Shown here in pieces: positions 1 to 11,685 of a stretch of 64,000 nt of DNA; position 1 is the first letter of the stretch; each line of letters begins with the position of its first letter. Made by a program: the position numbers and the translations under genes. Below the pieces are notes generated by a model. That model searched no databases and had not been told where the DNA came from. It worked only from the letters and a program-made list of their open reading frames with translations. The stretch is taken from the NCBI GenBank assembly GCA_964016885.1, contig OZ024759.1, positions 2,852,001 through 2,916,000 on the forward strand. Reading direction: 5' to 3'. The stretch is from Eledone cirrhosa (lineage: Eukaryota).

Positions 1-315
1 ATATAAAGCCATTACAGGATGTGCAATGATAAATTCTATTTTGCTTTAAAATTTGAACGAAATCAGTGGCAAAATGTGGGAGCTAGAGGCAAAAATCTTA
101 TTTTTCAATACCTAAAGAAAGGTGACCCCTCTATCGATTTTTATCTGCAGAATGACCCCGGAATAAAAAAAAAAACGATACGCTGATATATAGCAAACAC
201 TCCCCGATGACTAATCTATGAGCCTGTAAAGTTTCATGAAAATCGGTTGTAAGATGTAGGCCCCTATAGGTAATACACAGACACACACACACACTTAATT
301 TTATATATATACAGA
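1..315 (-). mobile_element. Non-autonomous Helitron/Helentron-like element, 5' portion (runs off window)
   Basis: Minus strand begins A|TCTGTATATATATAAAATT followed by a (GT)n tract. The plus strand has the AAAGTTTCATGAAAATCGG motif seen in such non-autonomous rolling-circle repeats. Confidence 0.45.
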
Positions 316-423
316 TATAAATTCCACTTTATACAACATATTCAGTGTTAGGTTTCTCTCTCTGTCTCTATGGATTAATTACATCTAGCACCATCTCTCT
401 CTTGATCTCTCTATTGTTCTCTT

Positions 424-493
<70 letters not shown>

Positions 494-538
494 GCCTGTG
501 TGTGTGTATATATTGCTCCCTCTCTATCTGTCTATCTC

Positions 539-1663
539 ATGAAGGACAGGGACACAGCAGTGAAACTGTCCATAAAACCAATTACATCCACCGCATACAC
601 CTTCTACCCTACGTACATCGGTAGAAGGACACAAAAAATAAAAATTCATACCATCCTGCCGATTATGGACATATGGTGGGTATTGACAGGTTTCCTGGAC
701 CTGGAGGATGACATGCTGGTGTCCATGGGAAAGGCATCAGGTGATGCGTTCAGTGGAACGGGCCTTGAACTTGTAGTTCAAATGAGGCCCGAAAGGATCG
801 CCCAGATCCCTGAACGCGTCATACTGGATGATCAAACTTTTATCAACATTACCGTTGAGGGTAGGCGGCCCTCGTGTTACCTCTGTGGAGCCAGAGGTCA
901 CCTGAGGGCTGTCTGTCCTCAACTTAATAAGAAAACCCCAATCCTGCCTACACCACCAACAACTGCACAACCAACACAATCACCACAACTACCACTACAA
1001 AAACAACAACCACAGTTCAAACCAAAACAAAACAATGTCCAACCCCACTAAAAAAAAAACAATTTCCAAAACACCCGCACCGCAAACACAACCTGAAAAT
1101 CTACCCCTCCCCTCCAACGCGGAAGATGACCCTCGTTCGTCGTCAGACGAGGAGGAGCACTTCCATACAATCAAAAGAAAAAAAAGAAAATACACAAATG
1201 AAAACACACAAATGAAAACAACCCCTCCCCAAAACATAACACTGACACCAACACAAAAGAGCCCACAACAACAGCAAACAAAAAACACCACACAAAAACA
1301 AAAACATGCATACACATACATAAACACAAGAAATAAAAAACTGATAAACATTGTGTACAACAACAATTTAGTAAAAGCCCAAGGGCCTAACTTCACCCAG
1401 GCAGGGGATTTCCCCCACCTCAAAATGATTAAGGCCCCAGAGGACACATATAAAACACTAAAAAACAACTTTAAAGAGGACGTGCCCCCCCCCGCGTCGG
1501 GCCCATTAACCGCGTCCTCCTAAAAACTTCCCCACCCCCTCCCCAAACACCCACACAACACACTGATGCCCGTACACTTCCACAAACCACCACCCCACCC
1601 AACAACCCATTCCCCACCCTAATGGAAATTGTGCAGCCCGATACCCTGGACGCAGAGAGGTAA
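539..1663 (+). pseudogene. LINE ORF1 (gag-like zinc knuckle), frameshifted
   Basis: CYLCGARGHLRAVC (CX2CX4HX4C) preceded by ITVEGRRP, followed by a P/T/Q/K-rich tail spread over several frames. Stop TAA at 1661-1663. Confidence 0.8.
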
Positions 1664-1687
1664 GTGCCTTTTCTCTTCACCACCAAC

Positions 1688-4600
1688 ATGGCTATGCTAA
1701 GAGTAGGCTGTTTAAATGCGCGTGGCCTGGGCTCAACTTGGAAGCAAGCAATGCTTCTAAATGACCTCAGGTCACAACGTATAGATGTGATGGTTATTTG
1801 CGAGGCCCGGATCAGCAACGTGCGACAGCTGGCCCCCACCTTTGATGACTTTGAGATGCACGCATCTCTCTGTCAGCCCGGAGGTGGGGGTGGGGTTGTC
1901 ATTCTGCTGCAAAAACATCTGGGTCTCGCAACACAGACGGTACATTTGGACCCGGAGGGTCGACTAGTGGTTCTGGACCTTGGCAGTGGTGAAGGCGGAG
2001 CGTTTAGGTTGGTAGCCACCTACGGCCCTTTCGGGTCAATGCGGCCGGACTTCTTCCATCGTCTGGAGACTTTTCTAGGGACGTCCCACTCCTTGCTATT
2101 AGTAGGGGACTGGAATGGTATCCTAGATGCACGTGGGGACTACATAGGGGCCTGGCCCGATAGAGAGGGGTGTAATAGCCTCAAAGGGTTAATCGGTCGA
2201 TTTGACCTGGCCGATAGATATCGACTAGATTTTCCGACTGCGCCAACCTGGACTTGGGCAAACCGCAGCGGATCATTTAGGTCGTACCTAGATAGATTCT
2301 TAGTTAGAATTAAGGATAAGGACTTTTTAAGTTGTCCAAAAATGCGCATGGTTGGCTATTCAGACCACAAGTTAGTGACCTGCATGGTCAACCTTGACAG
2401 AATGCATAGACAGGGACCCGGTTACTGGAAGCTCAAATTGTCCTTACCGGCAAGTAAGGCTTACAGGGACCGGATTAGCACTTTAGTTAAGGAGCGGTTG
2501 CGGGCGCCATCGTCAACAGTGGGGATCTCTCAAAAGAGAGATTAGAGTAGTCTCTATAGAATTTAGTAAGGGGTTAGCCTCAAATAGAAATAGGAAGGAA
2601 AGGGAGTTGGTAGAAGAGGCAATTAGAAGCAGTGACGTGGCCAGAGTGCTAGCGTCGAGAACGGCCCTGGTCCAGTTCTTCGACGCGAAACGCGAAGGCT
2701 GCATCGTCCGAAGCAAAATACGTGCTCTGGGAAACGAGGGGACCAAAGCTGTTAGCTGGGCCCGCGTAACAGAAGCCAAAAGAGGGAGTAGATCCACTAT
2801 CCGGTCTTTGCGAGACCAGGATGGACAGGTGACCCTTGAACCTAAGCAGATGTACGAGGCTTTTCAAAAGCACTTTGCCAGATTGTTCGGAAGGGGCGGG
2901 GAGCCGGTTGGAGATGTGGACTTCGGTCCATACCTCGATGGCCTGCCGCGTCTCTCGGACAGGGAGGCGAAGTCCTGCGAGGTGCTGATTTCAGCCACTG
3001 AGATAGAGGACGTGCTTAGCCAATATGGCAAACGCAAATCCCCAGGTCTCGATGGTCTTCCATACGAACTATATCTAGCTATGCCGGACTTGTTCCCCGA
3101 TCTCCTCGAGGCGGTCTACTGCAATTGGCAACAGAACGGGAGAATTACCTTTCTGTGACCAAGGGCGTAGTCATGCTAGTGAGGAAGGATGAGAACAAGG
3201 CGGACGATATAAATAATTTCAGGCCCATAATTCTGCTAAATACAGAATTACAGATTTTGGCCAAGGTGCTAGCAAAGAGGTTGGCGCTTGTCATGGGAAA
3301 CCTGGTGGGAGATGCACAAACATGTGCTATCCTGTCCAGGTCCATCCACGACAACCTCCACCTCATGTGATACATCATAGAGAGGGTTGGGAACGAACCC
3401 GGCTTTGGTTTGGTGGGCCTCTGATCAATTTAGATCAATCTAAGGCGTTCGATAGGGTCAACCATGGTTACCTGGATGCAGTGCTAGCAGCGGCAGGCTT
3501 TGGACCCATTATCAGGGGCTGGATCAATGCCATGCACAGCAGCCGCATCTGCTCTAGGGTCAAGGTGAATGGCTACCTCTCGGAGCTGTTCGAAATCGTG
3601 TGGTCCATCCGACAGGGGTGCCCTCTCTTCTCCCTTCTGTATGTAATGACTCTAGAGCCACTGCTGCGGAAGTTAGAGTTGTTGCAGGGCATCCGCTGGA
3701 ACCAGGATTGTGGAAAGCGGTGTCGGCCTACGCCGATGACGTAACAGTAATGGTGTCGACGGCCTCGGAAATCGGGGCGATCGTCACCTTACTGGAGGAA
3801 TATGAAAGGTTTACAGGGGCTAAGCTGAACCGGGACAAGTCGATCGGTCTGAAACTCGACATGTGGAAGGGCAGATCGATGCTCTCCGATGGCGTCGTCG
3901 GGCGCTGGACGGAGGGCCCGGTGGAGTTGCTCGGGGTCTGGTTCGGACCAGACCTCCAGGTGGAGAAGAACTGGGGTGAGGTAACGAACAGGGTGTTTGC
4001 ACTGACCCAGAAGTGGGCCGAGTGCAAACTGTCCCTGAAAGGTCGGGCGGAGGTGGCGAACACTTATATAGCGTCCGTCATCTACTACCGCCTGACCGTG
4101 GTGCCTTGCCCAAGGGAAACGCTCGCCAAAATGGAGCGCGCACTCTTCCAATTCCTTTGGAAGAAGCGGGCTCCTTTGGTGAGGAGATCCATCTGCTGTC
4201 ATTCGAAAGGAGAGCTGGGGATGCCGTGTCTAATGATACGTAAACACGCACTAAGGTTACGGCAACTCCAGGTATTCCTCACCGGTCAACCGGTGTGGGC
4301 CCCGTTTGTGAGGCGAGCCTTTCCCAGACTCGTCTCGCTCACCGAGCTGCAATCCTGGGTCAAGCAAAGACCGAGAAAACTGGGCGCCTGGCACACCGAG
4401 TGTGCCCAGGCGCTCATGGCTCTCTGGCAGGCGGACCCGGCTATCAGAGGAGAATCCACCTCGTCATTCTATAGAGGGCTGGTGGTTAGCAGGTGCGATG
4501 ACGCCCTCGGAGAAGCCCTAGGCATGGAGGAAGACGAACTGGCCAACCTGTTCGGTAGGACATTCAGCCCAGTAGCCATGGATAACTTCCAGAGGTCCCT

Positions 4601-5105
4601 GGCCTGGCAGTGCTACCGAGGGGCTCTGCCTGTTCGAGAAAGGCTCTACAGACATGGGCACCCGGGTAGGGACCCCTCGAAAAAGATCTGTCCCAGATGC
4701 GTGTGCGATGAGGAAACCGTTGCACACGCATTGGTACAGTGCTCGGGCATTGCCGATCTGTGGGGCTATGTCGAACAACTGCTGTCAAGAGTGGGACCGA
4801 TCCGGTTGACCACCAAGTCTATTGTAACGATCAAGCCGCCTCCCCTCTTCAAAAACGAAGGAGAGGTGGTGTTTCTGTGCGTAATAGCCATGGCGAAAGA
4901 GGTTGCATGGTGGACGCGTCTGAAAAGACTGAGGTCAGACACCTTTCTCTCTGGCCAAAAACTGGTCCGTTTCTTCCGATATCATTTCGGAAGAAGGATC
5001 AGGATGGAGAGAGAGGTGCTGCACCCCAGCCGTTTCTATGAAAGATGGGTGAAAGTGGCGAGAATGGCCCGTATGAATGGGCCTTCACTCTACATCAGAC
5101 CATAG
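1688..5105 (+). pseudogene. LINE ORF2: AP endonuclease + reverse transcriptase + C-terminal zinc finger, with several frameshifts and a stop
   Basis: APE motifs LNARGL, ICE, GDWN, YLDRF, SDH. RT motifs KSPGLDGLP, FRPIILLN, DQSKAFDRV, RQGCPL, YADD (3729-3740). C-terminal CPRC...ETVAHALVQC. Confidence 0.93.
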
Positions 5106-5413
5106 GTGAGGAAGATGAAAGATCAAGGGAGCACCCCCTCTCTGTGTTCCTGAGGAGAAGGGTTGCACACTTTTTTTCGGGGTGTGTGCGACCCCCCCAA
5201 GGCGCCTCCTCCCTATTGAGGATTTTGTTATTAAATTTATTTTTGTTATATTTTATTTTGTTTTTATATCTTGTTATTGCCTCCTTCTTATTGAGGACGC
5301 CTTTTTATGTAAACTCCCCCATTGTACTTGTCCCACTTTTGATGCTCTGGTGGCAAATAAAAAGAAAGTTATCTATCTATCCCTCTCTATCTCTCTCCTT
5401 ATCTCTCTATCGT

Positions 5414-5458
<45 letters not shown>

Positions 5459-5482
5459 CTCTCTGCCTCTTTCTCTTTCTAG

Positions 5483-5655
5483 GATCAAACAGGGGCTGTC
5501 TGAATATGTCCATTTCAAAATCCACCGCCATTTTGAGTCGGAGAATGCTAAACCCGATGATTTCCGTAATTCAGAAGAAATAAACAAGGCCAACACTATT
5601 TCCTCATACATGAACCAAAAGAAATTACCTCACTTCCAACATAAAATACAAAATG
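5483..5655 (+). CDS. Possible host-gene internal exon (unidentified)
   Basis: Polypyrimidine tract + CTAG| acceptor, G|GTAAAT donor, 173 bp open in one frame (IKQGLSEYVHFKIHRHFESENAKPDDFRNSEEINKANTISSYMNQKKLPHFQHKIQN). No homology recognised. Confidence 0.35.
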
Positions 5656-6861
5656 GTAAATACTGATTTGAGCAGACATATTCTGGTGTTGGGGGGGGGG
5701 GGGGGGGTCCTGATGGAGTTATTATTTCTTTTTCACAGTTGTGTGGATAGTGAGCCATAGTAAAGGTGACTTAGCTAGAGGAGCAGTAATTCTGGATAAA
5801 TACTTGTATGGGGGAAGTTTTGACTCTGTAAACTGTCTAGGAGAGCGTTAACTATAATAAAAACTAATATAGGGTAAGAGAGGACTCTTAAGCCCTGACA
5901 GACAACCTCTCTTGTGTCTGTGGTATGAAAACTGCACCCAGTCCACCCTGTATATTTACATATGGTATGGCACTTTAGTTCGATGCCAACTTGGCCATAC
6001 AGTATATTTCACGTGGGACGTTGGGTTGCGTAACCGAACGTGAAGACTTTAAGAGATAGCAGATATTGGGGACCTGTTTTATTTTCACTTTCTTCATTGG
6101 AGTGCCAGCAGTGCATGTACTCTACTTTACCCCACTTCATTGTATTCTATTTTAGATTTAAGGTGTTTATTGCAGACTGCCTCTGTGGAGAAATCCTCTA
6201 TGCATGTGTTTGGAAACCTGGTATTATGTCGCCTAATGCTTGGAACTGGAACCAATCGATAGAGGTGGTGGCCTGATATGGAGAAATCGACCTGTTACAA
6301 GGCGATACTACTGGAGTGCACCATCTTTCCTATAAACAATCCTGCCTGTAAAGCTGCACCACAGCTAACCAACTTCTCTTTTTACTGACTCCTGCTTACA
6401 AGCTTTCATACTCTGCCTGTAAATCATGTATTTGCACTGCTTGTGAATTGATGTGTCTATGCTTTATTTTGTGTTTTGATCATGCTGAATAACACCCTCA
6501 TTCATTTCTTGCTCTCCTCTCTCAACCTCCTTAAGATCTATTGCACCATTTATGTGATAAACATTTGATGTAATTTTCTATGACATTATATGTATCATGT
6601 ATTGAGTGTTGTTCTATACAGCGCTGGACTGGAACCCCCCTACTTGTCCTTCATCCTTGTTCTGGTGACTGAGCTCGATGGAGCCTGCAACCTTTGATAT
6701 ATTTTTGTTTATAGGCTCTGATGATTCCTGCCCTAGGGTATGGATGAAACACTGTTAGCAAATAAAACAATGTATTTCTAAGCACTCTTTGGTTATAACG
6801 GCTCTGTAGTATACTAGTTATCCTACTTGAGCTACAACCACACTGTGATACCATATATTTA

Positions 6862-6895
<34 letters not shown>

Positions 6896-6902
<7 letters not shown>

Positions 6903-7124
6903 AAGAGTGGAGAATAACATGGTCGGCTGTACAAAAAGGGTTTTATTTACAGTATTAACAATTGTTTCATTGATCAGGTGAGTCTAAAGGCCGCTGATCA
7001 CTAGAAGTTACGTCACTCGACCTTAAATACAGTGTGCGTCTCTAATCAAATCATCGGAATACCGGAATACTGTAAATAAACCCTTTTTGTACAGCCGACC
7101 ATGTTATTCTTCACTCTTTCACTA
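6896..7124 (-). mobile_element. PLE pLTR fold-back remnant (inverted arms ~6896-6956 / 7066-7124) in (TA)n
   Basis: Near-perfect ~60-bp inverted repeat enclosing a hammerhead motif. Confidence 0.7.
6952..7062 (-). ncRNA. Type I hammerhead ribozyme (CCGAUGA variant, long stem II)
   Basis: Minus strand: GUAUU CCGAUGA U UUGAUUAG...CUGAUCAA U GAAAC AAUU GUU AAUAC. Stems I, II and III all pair. Confidence 0.65.
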
Positions 7125-7224
7125 TTATTACTCCAAGAATGACCTACATGGGAATTCTCGTAAACTCTCCACCTGAGGAAATCTCTTGTTGAGTCAAACA
7201 ACGCCGTACGTTAAAACTATCCAC

Positions 7225-7414
7225 AATACAGAGTACTCACAACCTCTAACTGGTTTACCTATAACGATAACTTGTTATCTCATATATTTATATATATATA
7301 TATATATGTATATATATGTATATATATATGTGTGTGTGTATATATGTATATATGTATGTGTGTGTATATATATATGTATATATATATATATGTATGTGTG
7401 TGTGTATATAAATG

Positions 7415-7446
<32 letters not shown>

Positions 7447-7450
7447 TATG

Positions 7451-7489
<39 letters not shown>

Positions 7490-7597
7490 GTGTGTGTATA
7501 TATATGTATGTATATATATGTGTGTGTATGTATATATATATATGTGTGTGTGTGTATGTATATATATAATATATATATATACACACACTCACATACA

Positions 7598-7672
<75 letters not shown>
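7225..7672. repeat. (TA)n/(TG)n compound microsatellite
   Basis: Direct inspection; source of the YI/VC pseudo-ORFs. Many similar tracts occur throughout the window. Confidence 0.9.
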
Positions 7673-7673
<1 letters not shown>

Positions 7674-7852
7674 AGGGTTGTACCGATTAATCGGTACGGG
7701 CAATTTCCGTCGATTAATCAGTTCTGGTAATCGGCCATTATTGTTTTATTGATAGGCACATCTGCTGTGGCAAGAAAACCCTCGGTGTCAGAGAAGTTTG
7801 AAAAACACATTGGATTCAACATGTAGTGAAACATGTAGAAAAGTATATTATG

Positions 7853-7984
7853 ATGAGGTTCAGCTGAAAAGTTCATAGGCTGACTATAAAGGAGTGATGC
7901 TAGAGCTGTGAAATCTTGCATATTAATTTCAACTCTTCTTATTAATCTGCCATGAGAGTATCTTTTTCCGCCTATGAACTCTTC

Positions 7985-8035
<51 letters not shown>

Positions 8036-8150
8036 TATATATATATATGCAGTTTTAATAAGAGGAGTTGAAATTAATTGTCCTGCAAGATTTCACAGCT
8101 CTAGCATCACTCCTTCCTAGTCATTTTATGAACTTTTCAGCTGACCTTTG
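7853..8150. mobile_element. Tc1/mariner-type MITE with internal (TA)n
   Basis: ~95-bp inverted termini GAGGTTCAGCTGAAAAGTTCATA... / ...TATGAACTTTTCAGCTGACCTTTG followed by TA. Confidence 0.6.
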
Positions 8151-8493
8151 TATTTTCTAGGAGACACAATCTAAGGCGACCAGTCTAATATAACTCTATT
8201 CCTAGTGCTTGGACACTGTTCTACACAACTGGAGATTACTTGGGACTGCCCCAGGGCCTGTATAACTACAGCCTGTAGATTAAAGGGTGTTAAAATAGAA
8301 GAGAGAACCTCCTGCCTATCTGACAGTTGCTTTTTTTATTTCATGTTTTTTTTTTAAGAATTAATTTAGAAATTAAAAAATTTAAATATTTAAAAATGTT
8401 AACATTATAAAGTGTCTGCTTATATGTTTATTTAGATGTGTTTATCAGAAAATTTTTCCTCTTATAATTTATTCAAACAAAAAATAAAATGTT

Positions 8494-9005
8494 ATCATCA
8501 TCATCATCATTTTACGTCTGCTTTTCCCTGCTTGCAAGGGTGGGACAGGTCCTATTCAGCACAGCATACCTCCATTCGTCATCTCAGTGATCTGAGGTCC
8601 GCTCTCACCACCTCCACCCATGTTTTTCATGGTCTTCCTCTACTGGGATTTCTTGGCACTTCTTTACCCAGCGGTCATCCTCCATGTGCATCACATGTCC
8701 ATACCAACACAGTCTTCTCTCCAGCACACTAAAACTTATCCCTCTTATACATAGTTTCTCTCTCAACTCATCTATGTTTGGTCATTCACACACATTGACA
8801 TTGTACATCCAACAGAGCATGCTTGCCTCATTTCTCTCCTGCCGTCACATATCCTCTACAGTTGTTGCCCATGTCTCACAACCATGCAGCATTATGCATC
8901 ACACACAGGCATCATATAACCGGCCTTTTGTTTATAGGGAGAAACCCTTCTTTGTCAGCTGAGGAAGCAGCTCCCTAAACTTCTTCCAACCCGTACTATG
9001 GCCTC
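8494..9005 (-). mobile_element. RTE-clade LINE 3' fragment
   Basis: Minus strand encodes degenerate GRLYDACV...HGCETW...EASMLCWM...WYGHVM. (CAT)n tail at the left end. Confidence 0.75.
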
Positions 9006-9117
9006 AGAGAATAATGTTGTTGTTTTATTAATTGATTTATATATTCAACATTTTTTAAATTATAAAAATTCTATCTATATATCTATATATATATGTGTGT
9101 GTATCTGTCTATATATC

Positions 9118-9171
<54 letters not shown>

Positions 9172-9175
9172 CATG

Positions 9176-9217
<42 letters not shown>

Positions 9218-9281
9218 CATGTATGTATATTTATCTATCTATCTATGTATGTGTATGTATATATATATATATATATATATA

Positions 9282-9740
9282 TCATCATCACCAGTTAACA
9301 TCCATTTTCCACACTAGCATGGGTTAGACGGGTCATCTTATTTAAGGTAAGTTGGGCCTGATGACCATGTCTTACTCATATAGGACTGTTTCTGGCTACG
9401 TTTCTATGGCTGGATGCCCCATTACAGTGTGGACTGGGTGGTATGGGGCATACAGTATATATGCTTCGGCTTCGGCCTGTGCTCGTGGGAAGTTGGGTCT
9501 TCTGTATTACTGCGTAACACCAGAGATCTTGGTCCTGTGCCATCGCCTTTGGGAGGTGCAATTCGGCAAGATCAGCTTATATCATCTTATCCCAGGTCTT
9601 CCTAGGTTTCCCCACTCCAAGGCTTCAATCGACTTTGAGCGCTCTGCACCTTTTTATGCAGCTGCCATCCTTTATATACATCACATGTCCATACCATAAT
9701 CTCCTCTCCTACACACAGAATTTTATTCCTCTTATGCTTA
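9282..9740 (-). mobile_element. RTE-clade LINE 3' fragment
   Basis: (CAT)n tail, CTAGCATGGGTTAGACGG 3' end, and WYGHV...GKPRKTWD-like coding remnant. Confidence 0.7.
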
Positions 9741-9744
9741 GAGA

Positions 9745-11385
9745 CATGTTACTTGATGCTTTTGACAGTAAGGAAGCGCAAATAGAAACAAACTATGTTG
9801 AGGAGCAATGAGAATTCCTGAAAGCTAACCTACTAAAGGTGACAAATGAAATCTGTGGTTAGAGCAAGTCTCTAGGGAGAAGAATGACTTAGTGGTGGCG
9901 GAGAGGATTAAAGCCAAAAGGCAAGCATGAAAAGAATGGCAGGATGGAGGAAGTAGAGAACACTACCAAGGGGTAGGAGAGAAGCTAGGTGACAAGTGTA
10001 CTTTGCAAGAAGGGAAGCAAAAGATAAAAAATTTAAGCATGTTCTGCAATGCAAGGACCAAAGGCATGAGGTGTTCAGGATTGCAAGACAATGTATCAGG
10101 GAAGCATGGACTAGAATCAAAAGGTCTGAGAGTTAACTTGTCAAAGACTAAAGTTCTAATATGTAGAAAGGAAAATAGTGCCCAGATTCCCTCAGGGAAA
10201 TGGCCGTGCTCAGTTTGTAAGAAAGGATAGGTAGGATTTCCATCCTATGTTCCAAATGCCAGCTTTGAGTACATAAAAGATGTGGGATCACAGGTAAGCT
10301 ATCAAAGAATGTAGGTTTTATATGTGGCCGATGCTCAGGTGCAGTAAGTACAAGTTCCCACAGGATACTAGCTCCTTCATATGCCCACATGGTTCTATAG
10401 AAATAGTAGACACTTTCCATTACCTGGGTGACAAATTCAGCAATGGAGGAGAGTGTTCTGAAAGTACAGTAGCCAGACTTAGAACGGAATGAAGAAAATT
10501 CTGAGAGCTACACCTGCTGCTAGCTACAAAAGGTTGTTCCTTTAAAATGAAGGGCATATTGTATGATGCTTGTTGTATGGGCTCTGTGTGCAGAAGACTT
10601 GCGAAGACTGGAAACAAATGAAGTCTGTATGCTCCGATACATGAATGGCAAAGCGTAACTGAACTGAGAGAGAAATTAGGTATAAGAGGGATCAGATGCA
10701 GTGTACTAGAGAGGAGATTGCGTTGGTATGGTCATGTGATCAATATAAAGGATGACAGCTGTATAAAAAGGTGCTAGGTGATCATAGTTGACAGAAGCTA
10801 ATGGAGTAGGAAGACCTGAGACAAGGTGATAAAAGCTGACCTTGCGCAATTGCACCTCTCAAAGACAATCACAGGATCGAGGTCTTTGGTGTTATGCAGT
10901 AATATAGAAGACATGCCTTCCCATGTGCACGGACTCAAACATACATCTAGTAGGCACCCCTTAACCACCATACCCACTTTCATACACCCCCATGCCCCAA
11001 CACCCAGCCACTTCTGTCCACACCACCCTTACACTGTAAAGTTATGTTGGTATTACGACAAAAAGCACCCAGCCCACACTGTAAAGTGGTCATGTAGGTG
11101 TCGCAACAAAAAGCACCCAGCCCACACTGTAAAGTGGTCATGTAGGTGTCGCAACAAAAAGCACCCAGCCCACACTGTAAAGTCGTCATGTAGGTGTCGC
11201 AACAAAAAGTACTCAGTACTCACTGTAAATGTGGTTGGCATTAGGAAGGACATCCAGCTGTAGAAACCAACCCAGAAACAGTTCTATATGAGCAAGACAC
11301 GGTCACCTGACCTGACTTGCTTCTAATGGGGCAACCCATCTAACCCATGCTAGCAAGAAAAATGGCCGTTAAACGATGATGATGA
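9745..11385 (+). mobile_element. RTE-clade LINE, degenerate 3' part with PHD-like finger, 48-bp tandem repeats in the 3' UTR and (GAT)n tail
   Basis: GLRVNLSKTKVL, KWPCSVCKKG, FHYLGD and ERRLRWYGHV motifs. 48-bp repeats at 11065/11113/11161. Ends AAACGATGATGATGA. Confidence 0.85.
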
Positions 11386-11403
11386 CAGATATATGTATAC
11401 ATA

Positions 11404-11612
11404 ATTGTTTTTAATTTAAGCACAAGGCCAGCAACTTAAAGGGGGGGGGGAAGTTGATTAAATTGGCCCCAGTGCATTATTGGTACTTTATTTTATCGAC
11501 CCCATAAGGATGAAAGGCAAAGTTAACCTAGGCGGGATTTGAACTCAGAACGTAAAGGGCCGCAACTCCATGCTGTGAAGCATGGCGTCCGACACTCGAC
11601 CAATACTTCCAA
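11404..11612 (-). mobile_element. tRNA-derived SINE (same family as 19516-19706)
   Basis: Box B-like GAGTTCAAATCCCGCC and central TTGCCTTTCATCCTTATGGGGTCGATAAAATAAAGTACC on the minus strand. Confidence 0.75.
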
Positions 11613-11685
11613 TTTATACATAATATAAAAGAGAGATGACTGTTGGTTTCTTCACACATCACACAAAAACTGACAATCGAAAAGT

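Larger units (their letters stand above)
539..5370 (+). mobile_element. Tx1/L1-clade non-LTR retrotransposon, probably 5'-truncated, degenerate
   Basis: ORF1 remnant with a CCHC knuckle, then ORF2 (APE-RT-Zn), a short 3' UTR ending AATAAAAAGAAAG, and (TC)n/(TCTA)n-rich flanks on both sides. Confidence 0.92.

Noticed and set aside
6040-6335. Host exon or small CDS
   Set aside because: A possible acceptor exists at ~6154, but all frames hit stops soon after and no motif is recognisable.
7186-7730. YI/VC/TH-rich ORFs (here and at ~9.1, 22.7, 27, 30.8, 61.3-62.1 and 63.6 kb)
   Set aside because: Translations of (TA)n/(TG)n microsatellites.
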